DNA from: a virus
IMG/VR virus record: IMGVR_UViG_3300037258_000330
Coordinates: 1 to 44,037 of that record
Strand: one strand, 5' to 3'
Length of the DNA: 44,037 nucleotides
The position numbers were made by a program, and so were the translations under genes. This document shows positions 35,112-41,418 of this stretch, in pieces. The stretch's first letter is position 1; each line of letters begins with the position of its first letter. The notes under the pieces were generated by a model, which did no database searches, was not told the DNA's origin, and saw nothing but the letters and a program-made list of their open reading frames with translations.

Positions 35112-35825
35112 TCACGGGGTGGTTATCAGTTTGGGAGCGGCCTCGAGCTCGACCGTGATCCGGTACGCGCCCGCCGCAGGAATCCGGAGCGGGACGGCGA
35201 CCGGAGCCGCCGCGCCGACTGCGATGCCGAGCACCGTGTCGCCGGCCTCGGTGAAGATCGCGTCGATCGCGAGCGACCGGTCGACTGTGAGCGTCGGCAC
35301 GGCCGCCGGCTCGACCGGAGCGGGCGCGGGCGCCGCGAGGGGGTACCGCTCGAGGGCTTGGGCGACGTCGTCGGGCTGGGGGCCGGCGAGCTGAGGCTGA
35401 TAGATCGGATTCATGATGGCCGGCGTGGCCGTCGTATGCACGAAACCGAGCGCGTGCCCGAACTCGTGCATGGCGACCTGGGCGAGCTCCTCGACCGTCC
35501 AGGCGACGTCGATGTTGAGCTGCATCGTCACTTGATCCACGCCGGTCGGAAGCTGAGTCAACCCGAGCTCGACGCCGCTGGGATCCAGTGTCGCGAACTC
35601 AATGAGCACGTGCGCGGCTTCGCCCGTGCCCGATGCCGTCTGCACGCCGCACACTTGCGGCCAGACGTCGGCCGCGGCGACGATCGCCGAGAGCGCGTCC
35701 GACCACGAGAGTCCGGCAGGGAGCGGATCGGTCCGGAGCCAGTACGTGACGAGCGTTCCGGGTGCCCAGCGATAGATCGCGGTGTCTCTCAGCTCGGGGC
35801 GGCCGCAATGACAATTCGCCTTCAC
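35112..35825 (-). CDS. Matrixin-type metzincin zinc protease (M10-like) with C-terminal beta domain
   Basis: HEFGHALGFVH (HExxHxxGxxH) plus the Met-turn AIMNPIY. The GTG start forms a GTGA overlap. Confidence 0.85.
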   Translation of the reverse strand: MKANCHCGRPELRDTAIYRWAPGTLVTYWLRTDPLPAGLSWSDALSAIVAAADVWPQVCGVQTASGTGEAAHVLIEFATLDPSGVELGLTQLPTGVDQVTMQLNIDVAWTVEELAQVAMHEFGHALGFVHTTATPAIMNPIYQPQLAGPQPDDVAQALERYPLAAPAPAPVEPAAVPTLTVDRSLAIDAIFTEAGDTVLGIAVGAAAPVAVPLRIPAAGAYRITVELEAAPKLITTP

Positions 35826-36079
35826 GCGGACGGTCTCCGATAGCCCAGAGAGATCAGTAGTCGTAGATAATCACATGCCGTCGGAAACCGCACGCCGGTC
35901 CGGTCCTGCCAGGCCCGGAGCGTGAACAGGAATTCCTGCTCTTCGGGCGTGTAGGACCGGTCCGTGTCCGCGGGGTGTGCGAGCACTCCCCAGGCGCGGC
36001 GGCGAGACCGAGCCGACGCGGCGCTACCCGCTGCTCGGCTCTTGTGCCCGATCTCGGCGAGTGAATTCGACATTGCCAT
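35822..36079 (-). CDS. Hypothetical protein (85 aa)
   Basis: The stop overlaps the metzincin start. The conserved-looking C-terminus is YTPEEQEFLFTLRAWQDRTGVRFPTACDYLRLLISLGY. Confidence 0.55.
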   Translation of the reverse strand: MAMSNSLAEIGHKSRAAGSAASARSRRRAWGVLAHPADTDRSYTPEEQEFLFTLRAWQDRTGVRFPTACDYLRLLISLGYRRPSA

Positions 36080-36359
36080 AAAGGTCGTCTGCGCGCGGGG
36101 GGGACTCTTCCGCCGGCGTCGACCGGTCGAACGATTCCGCCCGCAACGACTTGGGAGAATCTGCGGGTAGGGCGCTTTCGTACCGATCGATCACGCTCCG
36201 GACCTCGGCCGGGTGGATCCGGAACGCGGCGGCGAGCAACCGGATCGAGCACCCGAACTGGTAGCTCGAGTAAATCACCAGGTCCCGGTTCGCGAGCCGG
36301 CGCCGGAGTGCCGACGCCGACCGACCGGCCAGGGCGCGCGTGATCCGCGGCTTGTCCAC
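36024..36359 (-). CDS. HTH protein resembling sigma-70 region 4 / LuxR-type DNA binding
   Basis: Contains NRDLVIYSSYQFGCSIRLLAAAFRIHPAEVRSVIDRY. The GTG at 36359 is just after the upstream stop. Confidence 0.5.
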   Translation of the reverse strand: MDKPRITRALAGRSASALRRRLANRDLVIYSSYQFGCSIRLLAAAFRIHPAEVRSVIDRYESALPADSPKSLRAESFDRSTPAEESPPRADDLYGNVEFTRRDRAQEPSSG

Positions 36360-36363
36360 CGTG

Positions 36364-37077
36364 TCACCCGGCCTTTCGTCGTTGCGGCCGGACCGACTTC
36401 GACCCGAACCGGCGCCGGAAATACCCATCCATCCCCCACCGGTCGCACCGCAGACAGTACTCGACCGGCGCGAGCTTGCGCCCCCGGCAAGCAGGGCAGT
36501 GGTCGAGCACCGGCCGGGCCCGGAGCCCGAACCCGCACGCCGAGCACGCCAGGCGGGCGTGCCGCCGCTTGCGGGCCGAGCAGACCCGACACCGGGTCGC
36601 AGGCCTGCGACGCCGGCCGGCTTCGTCCCAAGGCCACGCGCAGTGTCCCCAGAGGATCACCCGCGGCCGAGGCGCGGTCTCGATCGTGAGCCGCGGCCGG
36701 CTCGGCCGGTCGGCCGGCTCGGCCGTGCGGTGGTCCGGGATCTGCTCGACCAGGGCGTGGTGATCGTGCATGCGCCGTCGCTGCGCCGCACTGATCGTGC
36801 GCGACCGGACCGAGACCGCCTCGGTCGACCAGCGGTAGACCTCGGCCCCGCGCGTCTCCACGAGCCGCGCGCCGAGCTGGGCGGCGCCCAAGGGCGAGAG
36901 CGTGACGACGGGCCCGTCGGGTCGGGCCCATCGCGCGAGCAGTCCCGCCGCGACCAGGACCTCGACGGCCGCCGCGACCGCTGGCCCGTCGCTCCCCAGC
37001 GCGCGGGCCAGCTCCGCCTCGCTCAGCCACGCGCAAGGCCCGTCAATGAGCGCGCCCGCGACGTCGGCGAACTCCAT
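36364..37077 (-). CDS. Winged-helix (MarR-like) N-terminal domain plus Cys-rich zinc-ribbon C-terminal domain; putative late regulator
   Basis: The ATG at 37077 has GGAG 8 nt upstream (the track start 37086 is a GTG). The wHTH region is LSEAELARALGSDGPAVAAAVEVLVAAGLLARW. Several CxxC pairs are present (CRVCS, CSAC, CPAC, CLRC). Confidence 0.7.
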   Translation of the reverse strand: MEFADVAGALIDGPCAWLSEAELARALGSDGPAVAAAVEVLVAAGLLARWARPDGPVVTLSPLGAAQLGARLVETRGAEVYRWSTEAVSVRSRTISAAQRRRMHDHHALVEQIPDHRTAEPADRPSRPRLTIETAPRPRVILWGHCAWPWDEAGRRRRPATRCRVCSARKRRHARLACSACGFGLRARPVLDHCPACRGRKLAPVEYCLRCDRWGMDGYFRRRFGSKSVRPQRRKAG

Positions 37078-37135
37078 GGGAGTCACTCCGGGTGCGATTC
37101 GTGGTGTCGATCAAAGGAGAGTGCGAGCGCGGCTC

Positions 37136-37465
37136 TCAGCCGGCCTCGGAGAGCTTTGCCAGGGCCTTCACCTGGTCGGAGATGGCGACGAGACGAGCAT
37201 ATTCCTTGCGGGAAATCAGCATGGCGACCACTTCGACTGACATATGAGATGGATAGAGGGGCCCCTTTGGACACACCCTCTCCACCTGCACCAGCTCGAC
37301 CGTCCTACCGCCCAGGGTAACCGAGTCGATCGCCGACGACGGATCGGCGCGAAATTCACCGAGGCGGATCTGAGGATTGAGATCGGCCGCGGGACCGCTG
37401 GCTTCGCAAGGTGCCGCAAATTCAGCCATGTTCTTGATCATCTGCTCGAACGACGACTGGTTCAT
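37136..37465 (-). CDS. Hypothetical protein (109 aa)
   Basis: GGAG is 10 nt upstream, with good codon bias. Confidence 0.6.
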   Translation of the reverse strand: MNQSSFEQMIKNMAEFAAPCEASGPAADLNPQIRLGEFRADPSSAIDSVTLGGRTVELVQVERVCPKGPLYPSHMSVEVVAMLISRKEYARLVAISDQVKALAKLSEAG

Positions 37466-37559
37466 TGATGCCTACTCCAGAGGGTTAGTGCCGGCCGGGT
37501 TCCCGTCGTCCCACGGTCCCGGCCGGCCAGTTGAACCTGTGTGCGATCCCGAGACGCTC

Positions 37560-38117
37560 TCAGCGTCGGAGAAAATGAAACGACGACTTACTTGGTGCCT
37601 GCGGGGTCGCGAGCACGGCCTGCGCCGGCGGGGAGAGCGCCGTCGCGGGTGGTGCCTGGACGAGCTGCACGACGACCGGCGTCGCGGTAGCGGACGACGC
37701 CGGCAGAACGAGCCGATCGCGCTTGAGCTCGGCGAGCCGTTCGCCGAAGTTTCCAAGCGCTATCCGGACCGGGCCCGGATGCCGGATCTCGGCCAGGATG
37801 GTCGAGGGTGCCGATGGCGCAGTGACCGCGGCGGCCGGCGCCGCGACCACATGCAGCGTGACGGTCTGCGCCTGGGGCGCCGGTGCCGCGGCCGGCGGTA
37901 CCACCAGGTGGATGACGGCCGCCGGGGGGTCGGCCGGTTTCGGGGGGGCCGGAGCCGGCGCCGTGTCGGCCTGGGCCGGGAGCTGCGAGCTCGGGAGCGG
38001 CGCGCCCGCCGTGAGTCGCGGCGGCTCGACGACGTGGCCGTCGTCGGCCCAGAGGAACGCGGCCGAGCCCAGCACGAACAGAGCGACCCCGCCGATCCGA
38101 ATAATCCAAGCTTTCAC
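37560..38117 (-). CDS. Signal-anchored Pro/Ala-rich protein (185 aa)
   Basis: The GTG at 38117 is followed by KAWIIRIGGVALFVLGSAAFLWA. The N-terminal part of track ORF 37560..38456 is Arg/Gly-rich junk. Confidence 0.5.
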   Translation of the reverse strand: MKAWIIRIGGVALFVLGSAAFLWADDGHVVEPPRLTAGAPLPSSQLPAQADTAPAPAPPKPADPPAAVIHLVVPPAAAPAPQAQTVTLHVVAAPAAAVTAPSAPSTILAEIRHPGPVRIALGNFGERLAELKRDRLVLPASSATATPVVVQLVQAPPATALSPPAQAVLATPQAPSKSSFHFLRR

Positions 38118-38354
38118 ACCCACTCGGGGCCCCCTTTCGCGCGCGATCGATCTGGCGTAAACGCCAAACCTTACCACATCTTTTATCGGCCGGTCGGGCC
38201 GCCCTCCCCTACCCTTTTCCCGACCGGCCAGGGGACCGCGGCCGGTCCGCGAACCGGCGCCGCCGGCAACCGTCGGACCGGATCCGGCCCCCCGTCCGAT
38301 TGGGCAAAAAGGGCAGGGGGGATCTGTGCTCCGGCGGGGGGCGGAAAAGATTTT

Positions 38355-38396
38355 CGGAGTCCGGGTATTGACGGAGTCCGTTGATCCGCGTACTAT
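38355..38396 (+). promoter_or_regulatory. Near-consensus sigma70-type promoter TTGACG-17-TACTAT with two copies of the palindrome CGGAGTCCG
   Basis: -35 is at 38368-38373 and -10 at 38391-38396, with an exactly 17-nt spacer. CGGAGTCCG occurs at 38355-38363 and 38372-38380, the second overlapping the -35 and the spacer. Confidence 0.7.
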
Positions 38397-38442
38397 GATC
38401 TCAGACGCGAGCAAGGGGCTCGCGGGACACGACCGGAGCACG

Positions 38443-38814
38443 ATGATGACCACCATCTACCACGTCACACGATCCTGGGATGGTAATAACCTTCGGTCGC
38501 TCGCCAAGCAGATTGACGACGGCGACCGCGGTCTCGACGAAGCTATCCAGGAGGTCGCGGACAAGTGGTTTGGTGGGGATCTGCGGCAGGCTGAAGAGTA
38601 TGCTGGCGACGATGGTCGTGAGGTCCACTGTCACGCCACGACGGCCGAAGCAATCGAGTATCGGGACGAATGGTGCGATGGCGGCGAAATCCTCGCGATT
38701 GAGTACGACGACGAGTGCGAGGAACTCCGGGTATACGACGGCCGGGAGTACAAACACCCGGTGGTGTGGGAGATGATTCCGGCCGAGATGATCAAGGTTC
38801 TCACCGAGGTTTGA
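38443..38814 (+). CDS. Small, highly acidic protein (123 aa); anti-defence candidate
   Basis: GGAG is 5 nt upstream of the ATG. GC is visibly lower than in neighbouring genes. Asp/Glu-rich: DDGDRGLDEAIQEVADKW...EYDDECEELRVYDGRE. Confidence 0.7.
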   Translation: MMTTIYHVTRSWDGNNLRSLAKQIDDGDRGLDEAIQEVADKWFGGDLRQAEEYAGDDGREVHCHATTAEAIEYRDEWCDGGEILAIEYDDECEELRVYDGREYKHPVVWEMIPAEMIKVLTEV

Positions 38815-38837
38815 ACCCCAACACAAGGAACCTGACG

Positions 38838-39113
38838 ATGATTGTGCCTGTGACTAAGACTCTTTGCACGCTCGGCGAATACGGCGCGAACCGCATTTGG
38901 TTTAGCTCTTGCTCGATGGGCTACCAGGCGGGCGAGACGTTTGAAATCGACGACGTCCAGACCTGCGGTGTCCCCGACGCCTGGTTCGAACTCGAGGGCG
39001 ATGTGGACGGTGACGGCACATGGCATTGGATGGGCAAGGGCGATCCAGTTGACGAGCATGGGGCGACAGTCAGGAACATGAGGGCATGGGTCGCAGATCA
39101 GGACGCATCATGA
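38838..39113 (+). CDS. Small acidic protein (91 aa); anti-defence candidate
   Basis: AAGGA is 9 nt upstream. Contains ETFEIDDVQTCGVPDAWFELEGDVDGDGTWHW. Taken from the tail of track ORF 38715..39113. Confidence 0.65.
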   Translation: MIVPVTKTLCTLGEYGANRIWFSSCSMGYQAGETFEIDDVQTCGVPDAWFELEGDVDGDGTWHWMGKGDPVDEHGATVRNMRAWVADQDAS

Positions 39114-39340
39114 TCGACCGCATCGAATCCGGCCGCCGCCTGGCCGCCGCCCGCCAGGCCCGCGGCCTCACGCAGGCCGCCGCCGCCGAGCTCGCCCCGA
39201 TCTCGGCCCGCGAGCTCTCCGACCTCGAGCGCGGCCGGCGGATGCCGTCATGGGCACTCGTGCTCGAGCTGGTCGGCCGGCTCGGCCTCGACCCGGCCAT
39301 CGTCGCGCCCGAGCTGGTCGGGCGCAAGGCCTCGAAATAA
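39110..39340 (+). CDS. XRE/Cro-type helix-turn-helix regulator (76 aa)
   Basis: ATGA overlap with the upstream gene. RLAAARQARGLTQAAAAELAPISARELSDLERGRRMPSWALVLELVGRLGL is a canonical HTH_XRE pattern. Confidence 0.85.
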   Translation: MIDRIESGRRLAAARQARGLTQAAAAELAPISARELSDLERGRRMPSWALVLELVGRLGLDPAIVAPELVGRKASK

Positions 39341-39389
39341 AAACGGTCCGCCCGGGCCGCGTTGGACCGCCCGTACGGACCGCATGGAT

Positions 39390-39409
39390 GTCGCGCGCCG
39401 GCGCGCGAC
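39390..39409. repeat. Perfect 20-bp palindrome GTCGCGCGCCGGCGCGCGAC
   Basis: The reverse complement equals the sequence. It lies in the convergent intergenic region. Confidence 0.9.
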
Positions 39410-39465
39410 CGGATTAGACCCGAGCCGGCCGATTCCGTCCAGCCGATTCCGACCGCGCATGGGTA

Positions 39466-39499
39466 GGGCCGGGCCGCTCCGAGCGACCCGGCCCCTTTT
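39466..39499 (+). terminator. Rho-independent terminator candidate for the 38443-39340 operon
   Basis: GGGCCGGG / CCCGGCCC 8-bp stem, then C TTTT G CTT. Confidence 0.55.
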
Positions 39500-39512
39500 G
39501 CTTGGTCTCACG

Positions 39513-39536
39513 TGTGCGGCGGGCGAGCGCCGCACA
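39513..39536. terminator. Second GC hairpin in the convergent gap (TGTGCGGCG / CGCCGCACA)
   Basis: 9-bp stem with a 6-nt loop. It lies 34 nt downstream of the minus-strand gene that ends at 39570. There is no clear U-tract. Confidence 0.35.
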
Positions 39537-39569
39537 ACCGTTATTATCGGCCGGCACGGCGGCCGAGGA

Positions 39570-39779
39570 TTAGTACACCCCGAGGCCCTGGCACGCCGGG
39601 CACTCGAGGTAGCCCAGTCCATCGCACTCGCCGCAACCGCGGCCGCCGCAGACATCACATGTGATGTCGCCGGCGCCGTGGCATTCGCGGCACTCGACGC
39701 CCGGCTCGGAGCCGAGGATCAATGCGACGATCACGTCGCGTTCGGCCCGCTCTCGATCGGTCCGCCGCTTGTCTCGCAT
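39570..39779 (-). CDS. Stand-alone DnaJ-type zinc-finger miniprotein (four CxxCxGxG motifs in 69 aa)
   Basis: Motifs are CRECHGAG, CDVCGGRG, CGECDGLG and CPACQGLG. The ATG at 39779 has AAGGGGA upstream. Confidence 0.75.
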   Translation of the reverse strand: MRDKRRTDRERAERDVIVALILGSEPGVECRECHGAGDITCDVCGGRGCGECDGLGYLECPACQGLGVY

Positions 39780-39783
39780 TGCC

Positions 39784-40059
39784 CTAGTCCCCTTCCGCCC
39801 GGCCGGCCCGGCCGTCGTGATCGGCGAGCGCCTTCGCGACGACGTCCGGGATGGGGTCGGGATCGCGCATCCATTGGAGGCATCCCTGGAGTGCGTCGGC
39901 CTCATTGAGTCCGCACCAGTCTTCCGCCTTGCCGACGATCAAGGCGACGAGCTGGTCCCGCTCGGACCGCACCCGGTCGAGCTCGGCCTTGATCTCGAGT
40001 ATATCGATGGTCTGCCGCCACCATTTCGCATACTCGGGCGGCTTCGCATTCTCCGACAT
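39784..40059 (-). CDS. Coiled-coil protein, paralog of 9591..9953
   Basis: Shares ILEIKAELDRVRSERDQL and LQWMRDPDPIPDVVAKALADHDGR with the other copy. RBS is GGGGGGA. Confidence 0.7.
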   Translation of the reverse strand: MSENAKPPEYAKWWRQTIDILEIKAELDRVRSERDQLVALIVGKAEDWCGLNEADALQGCLQWMRDPDPIPDVVAKALADHDGRAGRAEGD

Positions 40060-40074
40060 CGACCGGTCCCCCCA

Positions 40075-40326
40075 TTACACGACGTCGCCGGCCTCGATCG
40101 CCCGGACCGAGGCCTCGAGGGCCACGACGGCCGGATCGTCGGCCGCCAGCTCGGCCGCCGTGATCGCGACCGTGTGGCCGTCCGGCGTCCGGACGAGCAG
40201 GACCGGGCCGTTGAGCCGGAGCGTGGCGCTCGAGCCGAGCGAGCCGGGCGCGTAGACCTCGGCGAGCTCGAGCCAGATCCGACGGAGGATGTGATTGGCG
40301 ACGGGGGTGTTCACGGGGGTGGTCAT
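40075..40326 (-). CDS. Hypothetical protein (83 aa)
   Basis: The internal ATG forms an ATGA overlap with the upstream stop. Confidence 0.55.
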   Translation of the reverse strand: MTTPVNTPVANHILRRIWLELAEVYAPGSLGSSATLRLNGPVLLVRTPDGHTVAITAAELAADDPAVVALEASVRAIEAGDVV

Positions 40327-40544
40327 CGCTTCGGTGCCTCCTCGTCGAATCCCTCTTCGCGGGCCAAGAGAATAAGCCCCTTCTCGATGGCCGACGACCC
40401 AGGGATTCGCAAATATGCGACAAGCCGTTGAAACCATTCCGCAAATTCGGGCGATCCCCTGAACGACGCGATCATTGATCGGGGGACCGGAACTTTCGGA
40501 CGCCCGCCCTGGTTCTTCTTCGGCTTGGCCATTGTAGTCGACAT
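40323..40544 (-). CDS. Small RHH-like DNA-binding protein (73 aa)
   Basis: Basic tail KPKKNQGGRPK, then SMIASFRGS / PEFAEWFQRLVAYL / SSAIEKGLILLAREEG fits strand-helix-helix. It is the first gene leftward of the divergent control region. Confidence 0.55.
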   Translation of the reverse strand: MSTTMAKPKKNQGGRPKVPVPRSMIASFRGSPEFAEWFQRLVAYLRIPGSSAIEKGLILLAREEGFDEEAPKR

Positions 40545-40661
40545 GCCTTTAGGCCCTCGATTCGTCGCCAGCCGGAAGTATAACCAGTGCGCATGTCGCG
40601 CTGACAGACGTTCCAATGTACAGCGTCATCAACGAATTTGCTATACGAAAACATTATACCC

Positions 40662-40689
40662 TTGACGTCAACATGGTTCTCGTTATACT
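40662..40689 (+). promoter_or_regulatory. Sigma70-type promoter TTGACG-16-TATACT; the -35 is part of the perfect palindrome TTGACGTCAA
   Basis: -35 is at 40662-40667, the palindrome at 40662-40671 and -10 at 40684-40689, inside the AT-richest intergenic stretch. Confidence 0.6.
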
Positions 40690-40722
40690 TAAACCGTCGG
40701 CCGGATCGTGTCCCGCCGGCGC

Positions 40723-40761
40723 AAAAAAAACCCCGCCGGATCGGATGAGGATCTGGCGGGG
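40723..40761 (-). terminator. Canonical intrinsic terminator in minus orientation inside the leader of the plus-strand operon
   Basis: 12-bp stem CCCCGCCGGATC / GATCTGGCGGGG (one G-U pair) with a 7-nt loop. A8 at 40723-40730 gives a U8 tail on the minus strand. Confidence 0.55.
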
Positions 40762-40805
40762 CCCATATGGTGAAGTCCCGATCCCACGCGAGGAATGAGA
40801 CATCT

Positions 40806-41366
40806 ATGAGCATCCTACTTAAACGACGCCCGAAGGTCCAGCCGGAGCCGGCTCCGATCGACGAGGCCGAGCTCGAGTACCTCGAGTCGGCCGTCCGGTT
40901 CGGCTTCGCCGGCGACTGCCCGGCGGCCGAGCCGGCGTTCGGCGCGCTCGACCTGGTCGACGCCGAGATCGCGTACCACCGCGGCCGGTCGAGCCAGGAC
41001 GGCGACACTCACGACCTGGTGGTCACGGACCTGATCGACCTGCGTCTCGTCTGGCGCCACTACCCGGGCCTCGCTCCGCGAGCCCTGGTGGCCCTGGGCG
41101 GGACGATTTTTGCAGGCCTCGATATCGCCGGCCTCGACGAGCCCGAAGCCCGCACGAGCGACGCCGCGGCCGTCCTCGACGAGCTCGCCGGCTACTACCT
41201 CCGCCGCCGGAGCGGCGACCTCTACCGGCTGATTGCGGCCGTGATCTACCGTCGGGCTGACGAGATCGAGGCCGTCGGGGCGAACACACTGCGCGAGTAC
41301 TACATGGCTCTCGACGAACGGACGGACCCGACATCGTCGTATACTTACCCGGGCCTCGGCCGGTAA
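40806..41366 (+). CDS. Hypothetical early protein (186 aa, acidic)
   Basis: The internal ATG of track ORF 40767..41366 has GAGGAA upstream. Composition is protein-like. Confidence 0.7.
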   Translation: MSILLKRRPKVQPEPAPIDEAELEYLESAVRFGFAGDCPAAEPAFGALDLVDAEIAYHRGRSSQDGDTHDLVVTDLIDLRLVWRHYPGLAPRALVALGGTIFAGLDIAGLDEPEARTSDAAAVLDELAGYYLRRRSGDLYRLIAAVIYRRADEIEAVGANTLREYYMALDERTDPTSSYTYPGLGR

Positions 41367-41418
41367 CCATTCGGCATGCCCGGCCGGTGTGAGCGGCCGG
41401 GCCATCGGAGATCGGACC

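Noticed and set aside
36275-37320. ORFs 36275..37036 (-) and 36340..37320 (+)
   Set aside because: These are alternative frames over the wHTH/zinc-ribbon gene. They are Arg/Gly/Pro-rich, with no motifs and no RBS.
37136-37465. Phd/YefM-type antitoxin call for the 109-aa protein
   Set aside because: Only a vague C-terminal resemblance exists (VEVVAMLISRKEYARLV), and no adjacent toxin-like ORF is present. Kept as hypothetical.
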